Shown: one piece after another, positions 50,627-64,000 of the stretch | Layout of the letters: every line of letters starts with the position of its first letter | Position numbering within the stretch: position 1 is the first letter of the stretch | Assembly (NCBI GenBank): GCA_051453625.1 | Contig: JBOZIK010000001.1 | Location: 16,474,062-16,538,061, forward strand | From: Welwitschia mirabilis | Taxonomy: Eukaryota | Direction of reading: 5' to 3' | Length of the DNA: 64,000 nucleotides | Program-made: the position numbers and the translations under genes | The notes under the pieces: generated by a model | Seen by the model: the letters and a program-made list of their open reading frames with translations, nothing else | Told to the model about the DNA's origin: nothing | Databases searched by the model: none

Positions 50627-51439
50627 GTTAAGAGGTAATATTATTTAAATTATTAACTATGAATTGTACTTACCTTATGAGTTGAGATTATGATTATATG
50701 TAGTAGTAAAAGTTAAATAATGTGCTTGTTATTTAATTTTTTGAAGTATTATTATTATTTTTGTAGTAGTTGTATATCTTCTTAGAAAATCTAAAAATTT
50801 CAGTATATACATCTTTAGTTTTGTAGATGTCTAGATTTGAGAGAATTCTTTAGATTTATAGATGTCTTAAAAGAAGACATCTTGAGTTTTGTAAACATCT
50901 TTGAATGGTAGGTACTTTATTTTAATTTTTTAAAATTGAGATCTTGAATTTTATAAATGTCTTAACAGTGGAAAAATGTATTGAAAAGTTTTTAGTAGAG
51001 AACATCTTTGAGTTTATATATGTCTATTTTTTCCATTTTAGACATCTTTTAGGTTATAAACTTCTCAAATGTATTATTACAGAAATTAAAACACATTAAA
51101 AAGCTAGGATTTTAACTCATTTTATTTGAAAAAGAGGCCTTCAAATTTCATTTTCAAGTCTCCACTCAATAGATGTCTCTTTTAGAAATTTATTAATGCT
51201 CATTTTCTCAGATTTCATTGCCAAGACATCTTGGATTTGTGAGACATCTCCAAAGCAAGAAAGAATAGGATTTTTCATTACACAGGCACATATTTTTCAT
51301 TGTTTCTTACATTTGAGTTATTTTTTGGTTAGTTTTTTAATATATCTTGTAAAGATGATTTTAAAAAATCAATCAATTCTTCTAGAGGTAAAGAACAAGC
51401 TTCAAATTAGCAAAGATCATAGTATGAGCCTTAGTTCTA

Positions 51440-52995
51440 TCGTGAAGTAGCTATCAAAAGATATAGAATGTGAACAAGGAATTCTTTATAGTAAATAAGG
51501 CTCTTAAATTTTAGAGCTAGCACAAAGATCAGCTTGTGGACTATTTTACTAGACTTAGTTGGGAGATGATCATTTGGACTAAAGTATTTTAGATCCCGTG
51601 GTCAGAGAGTTCTATGTTAACATTCATAAAATTAATGATAGTACAAGTGCCTTCCAAACTCAAGTGAATGGTACTTCATTGTATATTATTCTTAGTTTTG
51701 TTAATTTATTACTTGGCATAGATAATTTAGATATTTTTTAGCTACATGTACACTTATTCAAATAAAATTTTACTTCTAGAGTTGTTAGTATGTTAAGGTA
51801 AAATATAAGAAATATTTTATTTGAGCATACTAAAATAAATTTTGTGGAAAACATAGAGAGGAAAGATATTATTCTAGATGCTTCAATTCTTAGTTTAATT
51901 ATGTTTTATAATATTTTGGTTTGAGGAGGTAATTATAGCTATTATAAGCCAATGGAGACCTTTATAATTTTCTATTTTATTATTAGATTAAAGATAGATT
52001 TGAGTTTCATATTATTCATGAATATTATCTCTCTATTTCATAGGGGTCAGACCTTTGGTTACCATTGTCTTATCAATGTGATCATTATCAATGTAAACAT
52101 TTTTATTTCTTAAGCTGATCTTATTTGTTAGAAGAAATCATCAGCCAAATTTAGTGAGAAATAATGAGTACTAGTGACATTAGATGGGGACACAAGCAGG
52201 AGACCTTCATAGTTTTAGTGATCTTATTCTACCACTACTCATAGTTCTTCATCTGTTAAAAAGTGATTAAATTCAATAGCTAAAATGGTTGGTAAAATTG
52301 GCAAAAACTTATTAAGGCTAAAAAAATATGACTATATAGCCATTGAAGGCACTAGCAGAAAGTTGGAAATCCATAAGGACTTCCACATGGTTAGATTTAG
52401 AAGGGGAAACAAAAGAAGAAATAGTACATATAGCTTTACATGGCATAGGTTATAACTCTAGTAAAGTAGCTAATAGTGATCCTATAAAGGAGTTATTAGA
52501 AGATAAGGCATAAGCTTAAGGGAAGTACTAGGATTCTATAGATGTAGAGGTTAGGAAGAGCAATAGGATCCCAGTCCGTTATTATAGAGGTAGCAACAAT
52601 AGAAGATAGAGTTTAAGATCTTAGATGTATAGCCTTTATCTTCCATCATCCATGTTATAATATTTTATTTCAACATCCTTCCCAACCACCATCACCTCCT
52701 AGAACTTCTTCATCACCACACATTCCTTATCCACCTCCATTATGTTCATCATTATTACTACCATCTTACATTGATCCCATTTAGGTGCCATGATTTCTAC
52801 CATGTAATTACCTTCATCCTTCATAGAAATAGCCATAATTAGTTTTGTTGGGACATCCATCATTCCTCGAAAAAACCAACATATAAGGAGATATGCCTAT
52901 GAAGGCCTAGATGAGACATTTCAGTGTCTTTTTAGGAAGCACCATCTCCACCATCTACATCCTCCCCATCCTATACCCAACCAACCTCTACCACC
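51440..52995 (+). pseudogene. Decayed env-like / additional ORF of element S with a Pro-rich tail
   Basis: DQLVDYFTRLSWE...DPVVREFYVNI...QVNGTSLYI (about 51527-51690) matches the LVREFYAN-type motif of plant LTR extra ORFs. CCA/CCT-rich at 52670-52995. Confidence 0.7.
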
Positions 52996-53007
52996 CATGA
53001 CAATCAT

Positions 53008-54250
53008 TATTGTGATGTGTATTTGTCCTTCCAAAACCAATATTCTAAAGATCAAATTTGACTTACAACACTTAAAAAGATGATAATATAATTACACATA
53101 ATACACATTTGCATAGTGGGATTAATCCAAATGTCATGAACCTAGAGAAGAATTCTAAAAGTGAATTTGAAATTTTGATTTTAGAAAGAAAAGAATAATA
53201 TGTTTTTCAATTTTTCTTTATAGGAAATGAAATTATATAGTGCAAGGTTGAAAACAAAATGCAATGCAATGGAATGAAATCAAATGTAATGGAATGAAAT
53301 GAGATGTGAATCTAATATAATTAAGTAACTAAATTTCCAAACTATTATCAACTAGATTGGTTATTATAACCTATATCAGTTACAAATTCATGTCACTTTT
53401 ATTGCAAGTAAGATAAGTTATAAAAAAGAAATAATAAAATATTTAAAAAGAGTTCTAATTCAATCAACATTTTTATTAATAAAATTGAATTACATCTACT
53501 TACAACAACTCCTCAATGGAAGATTCATTGCTTAACATTAAGGTAGTCCTTCTTACAAGTAGGATGGATTTCCTTACTTCTAATAATCTTCAATCATTAC
53601 AAGAATTTGGATGATAAAAGATGATTTAGACTAAGGCTCAAGAGGGTCTATTTACAAGTTGGAATGAATGGCTAAGGGTCACTAAGGGATGTGAATTGAA
53701 AAGGCATAATCAAGATCTATTCTTTCATAAAAATTGGATTAGTTTTATAAATTGTTTTATTTATCATCCTTCATATCATTTCCATGACATGATGGACAAT
53801 CACTCCAACTGTAAATTAACACTCAACACATGTCGACCATTAAACCTTTGCTAACTATCATCTTAGGTATCATCCCAATGACATAAGGGATGATTGTTAA
53901 ATCCTAACCTGCACCTATTTTAACATCATTTTGTAGTGGTTTTTCCAATGATAGACTAGATAACTATCATTTTGCATCAGTTGTCCCAATGACATGAGGG
54001 ATGACAATTGTTTTACATAAGTTATCCCAATGACATAGGAAACAAACATTATTTCTTACTTAACTTTATCTTGATCATTGTGCTTTAGTCCATCATCTTG
54101 CAAAAATAGCTCTTTGTGTTGTAAATTGGTAAATGTCATGATCTATATGAAAGCTTTGCATAATTTGCATACATCTCTAGAAAACCTGTCAATAGGACCT
54201 AATAATGTACTTCACAAATGTGTTAAATAGGTTAACTTGGCTTTATAACA
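53008..54250 (-). repeat. Athila-like 3' LTR (type a)
   Basis: Runs tattgtgatg...tttataaca, then the PPT complement tagccctcaacct. Colinear with 62842-64000. Confidence 0.9.
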
Positions 54251-55128
54251 TAGCCCTCAACCTAGCATTTGTTAGTCCTTAACAAAGTAAGCAAATAACA
54301 AGTCACAAGCCAACTAACAAAATGAGTAAGAAAAGAAAAAGAAACTCAAAATCTATATACAGGATCAAAATTAAGTTTTAAGTATAACATGCAAAATACA
54401 TTGAATTTATTAAAAATAACAGGTGAAATATATGTATGCTATCAAGAATTAGTTTAACATTATCACATATATTTGTGTCAAGTAAAAAATTTTGGCTTAT
54501 AAATCATGTAATATATGTGTCTATCACTCAAGAGTCATCTTGAATTGTATAAACCATGAATAAAGGTAAAAAAAAATTGATGTAGATATGAAAAATCAGG
54601 TTTTATGGAAATTCAATGTAGCCATGGACTAGATCCTATAAAAGCATGTTTTGAAGCATAAAAAAATGGTAAACTAGAGTAATCTCTCATGATTGTAAGG
54701 TCAAATGGTAGAAGAGGTTATTAAAAAATATGTATATTATTAAGGAAAGGAGAGAATTAATTCTATCATGCTAAAGGATGATCATGACATATGTCAATTT
54801 TATTTCATGCATAATTGTCAAGTAATAATAAAATATAACAAGAAAACTAGAAAATGATGAATTTCTAAGCCCTATTTAAAAAAAAAATAAAAATTACTAT
54901 GAGAATAAAAATCACCAAACTAAGATAAAACAAAAAGAAAAATGGAATAGACAGGGCATGAAGAAGATTAATATCCTTAACCCCTATCAACCACAATACA
55001 CCATCCTAAAATTCAAACCTATTAAAAANNNNNNNNNNNNNNNNNNNNNNNNNNNNNNNNNNNNNNNNNNNNNNNNNNNNNNNNNNNNNNNNNNNNNNNN
55101 NNNNNNNNNNNNNNNNNNNNNNNNNNNN

Positions 55129-55901
55129 CAATTCTAATGCAATGAATTTAATTAAACTTCCAATCTATTATCACCTAGATTGGTCCTTATAACCTATTTC
55201 AATTATAAATTTATGTCAGTTAAATTGCAATTAAAATAAGATATAAGAAAGAACAATAAAATAGTTAAAAATATTTCAATTCAATAAACACTTTTATTAA
55301 TGAAATTAAAGTACATCCACTTACAACAACAACTCTTCAATGAAAGATTCATTTCCTAACACCAAGGTGGTCCTTCTCATAAGTAGGATGGATTTCCTTG
55401 CCTCTAACAATCTCCAATTGTCAAAATAATGTAGATGAAAAAGATGATTTGAATAGGATCTAAAAGAATCGATTTATAGGTTGGGATAGGTCACTAAAGG
55501 GGGTGAAATGAAGAGGTACAAGTTATATCCACCCTTTCATAACAATTTAATTGAGATTACAAATTATTTTGAATGTCATCCCATGTGTCATCCCCATGAC
55601 ATAGAGAACACCCCATCTACCAACTAATGCTTAACACATGTTGAAAATGCTGACTATCATCCCGATCGTCATCCCCATGATACAAAGGATGACCAAATTG
55701 ACTGTTGTCCCCTCTGTCGTCCCCATGACAGTGAGGATGACCAATATATCTTCATTACTTTTATTTAATTGATCATTATCCAAAAATGGCTTCTTGTTTC
55801 AAATATTATTGCATCTTTTGGTCTGTATAGAAAAAATTGTCAATAGGACCTAAACATGTACTTCACAAGTGTATTAAATAGGTTAAGTTGGCATCACAAC
55901 A
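55129..55901 (-). repeat. Partial Athila-like 3' LTR (type b, shorter variant) after the N-gap
   Basis: Ends ggcatcacaaca followed by the PPT complement tagccctccactt. Lacks segments present in the 53008 and 62842 LTRs. Confidence 0.85.
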
Positions 55902-56829
55902 TAGCCCTCCACTTAGCATTTATCAGTCCCTGATAAGGTAAGCAAATAACAATTTGTAAGCCAACTAAGAAAGAAACTCAAAACATGTATATCATATAGA
56001 ATTAAGAGTACAACATGTGAAATACATCTATGAAAAAGCATAAATGAAATTGATGTATATTATAAATCATTAAGTTTAACATCATAGAAAAGTTGCACAA
56101 ATCATGAAGAAAAGGTAAAGTAGGGTAATAATTTCATGATTGCAAGGTTAAGTTATGTTTGGACTATGATTCAATCCATCTTTAGCATATGACAACCATA
56201 GTACTTTGATAAGATATCATCCAATAATCAATATACTCATATGCTCATGAAGTTTGTGCCTCAGAGTGATGGGAGTTTTAAGTTAATGAGATGTTGAATA
56301 GCATCATTCATTATGCTAAGGGGAATGCAACCACTTCGAAGAGAATGAGAACCAATAATTTGAAGCTAGATTGTAGCCAACTAATCCTCTAGTAGATTTT
56401 CCATAGTTAAAGGCCCCTCTTAAGAAAATTTACCTCAATATACTTATGGTAGTACATCATGGCATAATTTCAAGAGGGTGGTATTTTTTTCCCTCTCATA
56501 TTTCCCTCTTGCTTTTTAGATTTCCCTCTTGACTTAAACTTCAATTTTTGAAAGCATTGATTAATCATTAAAATGATGAAGTAATAAATTATATGATTGA
56601 TAATAAAAATTAGATTAACATAATTTATACTTTGTAATAAAATGAATAAGGATATTGACTATAGATAATAGAATATCTTAAGATTGGCTGAATCCAGTCT
56701 TTACCACATAAAAACCCAAAGTAAAGAATTACTTAATCATGGAAATACATATGAAAGTTAAACACAAATCATGTTAAAGATGATTAAGTAGTATCATAAC
56801 TTAGACCAAAGAGTAAAACTAAGAAAGCA

Positions 56830-59800
56830 TTTAGTAGATGTCCAAGAGGAGATCTTCCTTCTTGCAAAGAGGATATTCCAAGTTGATTGATTATATCATG
56901 TTCAAGGTATATGAACAATCATCTAGAGATGTATAAAGTTTTAATCTTTATCCATTTACTTTTTACATTTCTTGAGTTTGAAGGTTAAAGATCTCAATAA
57001 AGCCACTAGAGTGAACTCTTTTTACATGATAATGACCAAGCCATTTAGAGATCAACGTGTTAGGTAAAAGATGCACTCAAGTATTATACAAAAGTATGAA
57101 TTAATTTTGATTAAAGAATTTATGGAAAATCTTTTTGTCATGATGAAATATGGCCTAGGAGTTTTGGATGAATTGTCTATGAATAGTACTCATCCTTTTC
57201 TCATCAAGGTGTTGAAGTTGTACTAAACAATAATGAACATTCTCCTCATGATTTAATACATTACATTGTTGGATAGTATAATAAGAGTTGTAGTAAACAT
57301 CAAAAGGTAGAACACAAATTCCATATACAAGTTCATAAGATGAGAATCTAATTGAATTATGCTAAGTAATATTGTAATTTTATAGCAAATCATTAAGTTT
57401 GAAAGAGTAAGATTTATTATTTCTAAAACTAAGTTTTTGGATTATCTTCTTAATCTCTCTATTAGTATTCCCAGCTTGACCATTTGTTTGAGGGTGATAG
57501 GCATTTGTAATTCTGTGTTTAATTCCTATGGAAAGTATTAGTTTCCTAAGAATCTTATTAATGAAGTTGGTACCTTATCACTAATTAAGATTCTAGATAA
57601 GATAAACATATGAAATATTTTGGATTTTAGAAAAGAATACAGGGATTTAATACATTGGTTTGAGTAGGAATTTCTTTTGTAACATAGTCTATGGCTACCA
57701 AGATATAATTCTTATTACAGCAATTTGGTTTAAGAGGGCCTATAAATTCTATACCCCACATTAAAAGGTTCACATTTAAGGATAGGCTATAAGGGAATAT
57801 CATGAGATTTAATTAGGCATCCAAAATGTTTACATGCATCACATCTTCACACATGATCAAAAGAGTCTTTGAAAAGGGTAGGCCAATAGAAGCCAGTATG
57901 AAGGATTTTGATAATAGTCTTTTGGCCACTAAAGTAACCTCCACATATACCACCATGAAAGAATGTTAAGTTGTTTTCACTCTGGCATACAATTACACAT
58001 AATTTGATCTTTACATCTTCAATAGAGGTATGGCTCATTCTATTCATAATCCCTTATTCTATAAAGAAAATATTTCCCTTGATTAGAAGTCCAATGCTGG
58101 GAGGCTTTGAAAATGATAAGATAATTTATAATATCAACGTACTAAGAAGAAAGATGATTAGAGGATATAGAAAATAAATTATGAATGTAAAACAATTCTT
58201 TGTTAGGAAAGAAATCCTTAATAGGAAGATTATAAGAGAAATGTAAAGGGTTCCTTTCTTAAGGGATTTTTAAAAGATGACCAGTGACATGATTATGTTT
58301 ATCTTATTTATTTATGATGATTAAGTTAAATTCTTGCATGAGAAGTATTCATTGAATAAGTTTAACACTCAAATCCTTTTTTGTCATAAGATAGTAAATG
58401 GCTACATAATCAATGTAGACATTAGTATAAAACTAAGAAGGTAATGTCTTAATTTATCAAGGCAAAAGATGATAGCACGCATTTTATTTTTACTGGTAGT
58501 ATAGTTCAATTGAGCTCTTAAAGGGATTTACTAATATAAGAAATAACTTTATATCTCTTTCTATGTTTTCATCCTAAAACTCCACCTATAACATTTCTAT
58601 CATCACACATTAACTCAAAATATATGGTCCAATTTGGACCTCCTACAGAGGGTTTAAAAGTGTTTTTGTTCTTAATATTTTTAAAGGTGTTTTGACAATA
58701 TTTTCTTCAATTAAACTTGATGTCTTTTTCAAGGAGGGAATAAATGGGTTTACAAATCTTGACATACTCCTTAATGAATCTTCTATAGAATTTGGTAAGG
58801 CTAAGAAAGGATCTTACTTGTTTGACATTAGTTGGAGAAGAGAAATTCTTGATGATGTCTATCTTAGAAGGGTTCATTCTAATACCATTACAAAAAAAAA
58901 TGTGGTAACAAAGTACACTCCCATTCCATAGAAGTAAATGACTCTTCTCTTAATTAAGATGAAATTAACTCTTTATACAATAGTCAAGGACTTTTCTAAT
59001 CTTTTTAAGATTTGTTCAAAAGAGCTGCCAAATATAGAAAAATTATCCATAAAGATCTCAATAGAATCCTCAATCATATCTGAGAAAATGCCCATCATGG
59101 CTCTTTATAAGACTTCCAGAGTATTACATAAGCCAAAGGATATTCTTTTAAGATTAAAAGTACCAAAGATGAAGGTTGTCTTAGTTTGATCTTCATTGGT
59201 AATTCACACTCACATATAAGCACTATATCCATAAAGGAAGTAATAGTAAGCATGGCCTTGGATCCTATCAAGAACTTGATTAATAAAAGACAAGGAGCAA
59301 TGATCTTGCTTAATTACATCATTGAGTTTCCTAAAATAACTTCATACTCATCACTTTCCTTCCTTTTAGAGTACTATAGTAAGAGGATTAACCCATTTAC
59401 TATTCAAAATGGCATAGATAATATCTGAATCCATAAGTTTAATGATTTCATTCTTGACTACTTGCTTAATGATAGGATCAAGTCTTATTTCAGGTTGCCT
59501 AATTGAGTTTAGTATTTTTCCTCTATGTAAATTTTATGTTAAACAATATGAGGAGGAATAGCACTAAGATCTTTATAAGTCCAAGAAAAAGCTTCTATTT
59601 TTGAAATAAGAAGTTGAATCAAAGCTTTTTCTTGGGAAAGATGAAGTTAATAACTAATGATCAATGGTTTATTAGGATTATTATTTAAGAAAATGTATTT
59701 CAAACCATTAAGTAAGTCTTTATGTTGAAGATCATTTTCATCCTTCATAGTCATGGAACACTCATCTTGATGTACAAGATTTTTAATGGATCTTAAATGT

Positions 59801-60450
59801 TGGATATCATGATCAAGTATGGGTTCAAAGTATTCATGAAAATCATCATCAGAAGAGTGGTTTAAGGGATCTTAGTTCAGGTTGCAAGGATTGGAGAAGT
59901 TTAAATATTTAAGAATAAACAAGTTAGAATTATGTAATGAAAGAAGCCTTTCTTCTAAAGGATGATGTTAAACTAATATAGAGGATCTAAATTTTTATTT
60001 TATGTCTAATTCATCTCCCATGTCTTTTTTAGTGTCATCGAGTACTTAGATGCTAAACTTTTTAGTGTCCATGTGACACTCCATCATCCCCATGTGAGTA
60101 TCAATAACATAATGAATTATTGCATGAAAGGCTCTTCCTTAAAGTTAAGGATATCCTCCATTATGCTTGACCTCAATGATTACCACATCTATAGGGTAGA
60201 AATCCTCTTCAATTTGAATCACTAAGTCTTTAATTATACCTATAGGTTTCTTAATTATTGCATTAGCTAATTCCAATGCTATTTAAGTAGGTTCAATCAT
60301 CCCTTCTAATCCAAACTTTCTACAAATCTGTAAAGGCATAATATTTACACTTGTTTCTATGTCTATTAAGTCTTTCTTAATTGTCTTATTTCCTTTCAAA
60401 ACAACATAAATAGTGGTTACCCCTAGATTTTTAAACTTAAGATGTTTTTA
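56830..60450 (-). pseudogene. Decayed gypsy pol (PR, RT, RNase H, INT) of element F
   Basis: ORF fragment FHGGICGGYFSGQKTIIKILHTGFYWPTLFKDSF. RT (PFGLCNT), RNase H (FELMCD) and protease-like LIDIETSVNIMP are readable on the minus strand. Confidence 0.9.
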
Positions 60451-62140
60451 AGAAATCAGGTTGGAAAGGGATTGTGTGATGAACAATTTACTTAGAATTA
60501 TTCTCTTTTGTTTTCATCTTACTAATTTCTTCCAAATTTTGTTATACTTTTGGTTATCTTAAAGGATCTTCCAAAAGGATAAGTTGATAGTAACATTATT
60601 CATAATTACCTTCAAATACTTATCATAAGTTAGACTGGTATTCAATCTATCCATCCATGGGGTCATCTTATTTTTTGGATGTTGTTTATTATTGTTGGAT
60701 TTAAAGTTGATAATAGGAGGAAGGTTTGGTTGATCAATAATTTTAACATTATCTTCTTGAGGTACCTTCCAATATTTCTTAACATCATTTGGGTTTAGAA
60801 TAATTTGGATGGCAAGTAATCCTTATGGCTTTTGATTTTCTAGCATGTTTTGTCGAAGGAGGTTAATCAAATTTTATAAGTCCTTATTTTGATTTTCTAG
60901 AATTTTATTAGTAGTATCCTGTGTCTTTTTGAGTTTTTCCCATCGTTTCTCTATAAGAGTCATTATTGTTGTAGTTGGAAAAATTGGGTCGAAAGTTATG
61001 GCTTCTGAATTTCTTATCAAATGAAGGTTTAAAATATGTTGAAGGTTTATTATTTCATGTTGGATATTGTTGGTTGCCTCTAAAGTTGTTTGGCCTTTGG
61101 TTGAATGCATAAACTTCATTAAACATGGCCTTTCTACAAGTTGATAAGGTTGGGTATTCTTTGATAGGATGAAAGATTTCATCACATATTTCATAATGGT
61201 TGAGTTAATTTAGCAAGTTTATATTAGTTAATGCTTTTGTATAGCTTTCTAAGGTACTAGTAAGATTACTAAGAAGGGGGTTAACCTTTGGTTGTTCTTC
61301 TTCATATTGCACTTTTTTCAAATCTCTAAGCATTTCAGTATAGTTTTAGTGTCTTTACATGTAGTTTTACGACAATACTAACTTCTTTCTATAAGGCCTT
61401 ATAATAAGTTTTAACCATCATCTAAGTTTAAATTAAATAATCTTCCACCACATGAAAAATATACCATCTGTTTAGTTTTACTATTTAATCTAGTATAGAA
61501 GTGATCAATAAGATCATCTTTTGAAAACTCATTTACTTAGTTGAATGACATAGCTATGAAAAATATTTTAAATGTTAAGGAGTATTCTTCATTAGGGTAT
61601 TATTGGAAATTGGTTACCTCCTTTCTTCTTATCCTCATGACTGTCTCATTCATGATCATTTAATAAAGACTTCTTGAACTTCATTCCAACTTCAAAGGCT
61701 TTGGTGTTTGATGGTTTTAAGCCAATTTTTTTCTTTTTCTCTAAGGGTAAATGGAAATATGATCATGTAAGTTCTATCTAAAATTTTATTTTTTTTCATT
61801 TCTTGAAGTAAGAATGAGTTGTTCAATCTCAACTATGTATTGGAATGCATCCTTATCAGGTTCTTTAGAAAAGGTAGAATAGGAATTCAAGTTCTTTAAC
61901 TCTACATCATCCTTGGCAGGTAGGTTAAATGAGTTTCGAAGTTCCCTCTTTTTGTTAACTAACATATCCTTTAGAGTAACATTTGAACTAGAAGCTCCTG
62001 ATATTTTATGTATAAATTTATTAGATGTCATAGAGGTAGGACAATTAGGATGAATAGGTAAATGAAGAAATGTGGGATTTTTATAAGAACTTGGTTGATT
62101 TTTAGAGATTTTCAAAGGTTGAAGAGTGTCCAAACAAGAA
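60451..62140 (-). pseudogene. Gag remnant of element F
   Basis: ORF fragments 61786-62133 (NSFNLPAKDDVELKNLNSYSTF...DAFQYIVEIEQL) and 60874-61194. Confidence 0.75.
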
Positions 62141-62820
62141 TTATTAAATGCATAATAATTGTATTATTTAATTAAGAAAATAAAATTCTACTTCTTACCT
62201 CAAGTCCTTAAATTAAATTCCATCAAAACTTCTTTATTTGCTTTCACCATTATCCTATAAGGTTAAATTATGTTAAACAAACTTCTTTACATTCAAATGG
62301 CAAAAATCTCTAGGATTATTTAAATGTACAAGAAGATACACCAAATGAATGTAGCAATTACTCAGATCACACAAAGTGCAAAGTATAGGCTAAGTTTATT
62401 GAAAGTAATAATTAATGTGATAATTCCCAAGATCACATAAAGTATGAGGGGTAGACTTAACAAGATTTGGTAATCTTATTTAAGGAATGAGTAAGCCTAT
62501 AAAAATATTTTTAAAAAAATATAAGATGGTAAAAATAAATTAATTTCTAAATTATAAATTGCTGAATTGAAATATAATTCCCTTAAATTAAGATTGAACT
62601 TAGAAGAAAAGTAAGGAAAATTATAAGAAATCAAAAATTAAAATTAAAATTTACAAGAAAAGGAGATTAAATTACAAGCAATTACTTATAGACTAAAAGC
62701 TAATCAAGAAATTGCAAGTAAATATAAGAGGATAAAATACAATACTACTTAAATAAATAATTTGAATTGAATTCAAGATACTTACTTAAGTAATGACATG
62801 TTTCTTTTCTCTTGGAGTCT

Positions 62821-62838
62821 TTCCCAACAATGATGTCA
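62821..62838 (-). other. Primer-binding site, tRNA-Asp type (decayed), element F
   Basis: Minus strand reads tgacatcattgttgggaa versus tggcgccgttgccgggga. Confidence 0.8.
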
Positions 62839-62841
62839 AAA

Positions 62842-64000
62842 TGTTGTGATACATATTTGTGCTTCCAATTCCATTATTCTAAAGATCAAAGCTAACTTTC
62901 AAAACCTAAAAAGTGGATAATCTAATTACACATAATCTGCATTTACATAATGGAATTAACCCAAATATCATATACTTAGAGAAGACTTCTAAAATAAAGT
63001 TTGAAAAATTGATTTCAGAAAGAGAAGGAGAATGTGTTTTTAAATTTTTTTTATAGGAAATAAAATTAAACAATGAAAGGATGAAAAACAAAATGCAATG
63101 CAATGAAATAAAATGAAATGTAATGGAATGAAATGAAATGCAAATCTAATGCAATTAATTAACCAAATTTCCAATCTATTATCACTTATATTAGTCCTTA
63201 TAGCCTATATCAATTACAAATTCATGTCACTTTCATTACAATTAAGATAACTTATAAAAAATAAATAATAAATCATTTGAAAATATTTCTAATTTAATTA
63301 ATATTTTTATTAATAAAATTAAATTACATCCACTTACAATAATAACTCTTTAATGAAAGATTCACTACCTAACATTAAGGTAGTCCTTCTTATAAGTAGG
63401 ATGGATCTCCTTGCCTCCAATAATATCCAATTATTATAATAATTTAAATGATAAAAGATTATTTAGAATAATTCCTAAGAGGGTCTATTTATATATTAGG
63501 ATGCATTATTGAGGGTCACTAAGTGGTGTGAATTCAAAGGAAATGATTGAGATCTATTCTTTCATAGCAGTTAAAATAGTTCATATTTATCATCCTTAAT
63601 GTCATCCTCATAACATGGTGAATGATCACTCTACCAAAACATACTTTTCACATGTTGACCACCAAACTTGTGCTGACTATCATCCTAGGTATCATTCCAA
63701 CTACATAGGAGATGACTATCAAATCCTATCTATTTGCACCTATTTGAACATTATTTTTCAATGGTTGTCCCAATCACAGACTAGATGACCATTACTTGGC
63801 ATCATTTATCCTAATAACATAAGGAATGACTTATCCCAATAACATAGTAAACAACCAATTTTACTTGCTTAACTTCATCTTAGTCATTTTGCTTTGATCC
63901 ATTACAATGCAAAAATAGCTTCTTGTGTTGGAAATTAGTGAATTTCATGACCTGTATGAAATATTTACATAATTTGCATACATCCTTAGAAAACCTATCA
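62842..64000 (-). repeat. 5' LTR of element F (runs off the window)
   Basis: Starts tgttgtgat next to the PBS. Colinear with 53008-54190. Confidence 0.9.

Larger units (their letters stand above)
46464..53007 (+). mobile_element. Sirevirus-like copia deletion derivative S, cut at 53007 by an Athila-like LTR
   Basis: LTR, PBS, long gag, PR, deletion, RH end, spacer and env-like ORF. No 3' LTR in the window. Confidence 0.75.
53008..64000 (-). mobile_element. Athila-like complex F with three LTR copies
   Basis: LTR-a, 3' UTR, gap, LTR-b, 3' UTR, INT-RH-RT-PR, gag, PBS, LTR-a'. Confidence 0.85.

Noticed and set aside
58692..59428. Plus-strand ORFs of 79-83 aa
   Set aside because: Antisense shadows of the minus-strand RT. 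The same applies to 4628-4825, 27791-28078 and 41270-41548.

Overview
Very AT-rich, CpG-depleted eukaryotic DNA, most likely plant, made almost entirely of nested, heavily decayed transposons. It has seven N-gaps. I found no intact host gene, rRNA, tRNA or CRISPR array. Left to right: (1) a copia LTR end sitting in the LTR of an Athila-like Ty3/gypsy element (minus strand, 323-5423); (2) a CACTA-like terminus (about 6540-6956); (3) a plus-strand, internally deleted Athila-like element (9180-12853); (4) inserted into it, a tandem Athila-like pair sharing a central LTR (12854-29790), each copy with a decayed extra ORF downstream of pol; (5) a Tnt1/Tork-like copia element (about 32121-36856); (6) a roughly 600 bp non-TE island that keeps its CpGs (37900-38500); (7) an LTR-less gypsy pol remnant (about 38900-42110); (8) a Sirevirus-like copia deletion derivative with an env-like ORF (46464-53007); (9) a three-LTR Athila-like complex (53008-64000). 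All coding remnants carry stops or frameshifts. I cannot demonstrate a new biological system. The best leads are the shared-LTR tandem, an Athila-type RT lacking the usual Athila insertion, a conserved 3'-UTR block, pure GC-to-AT decay of the primer-binding sites, and the CpG island. Family assignments come from motif recognition by eye, and identities are rough estimates.
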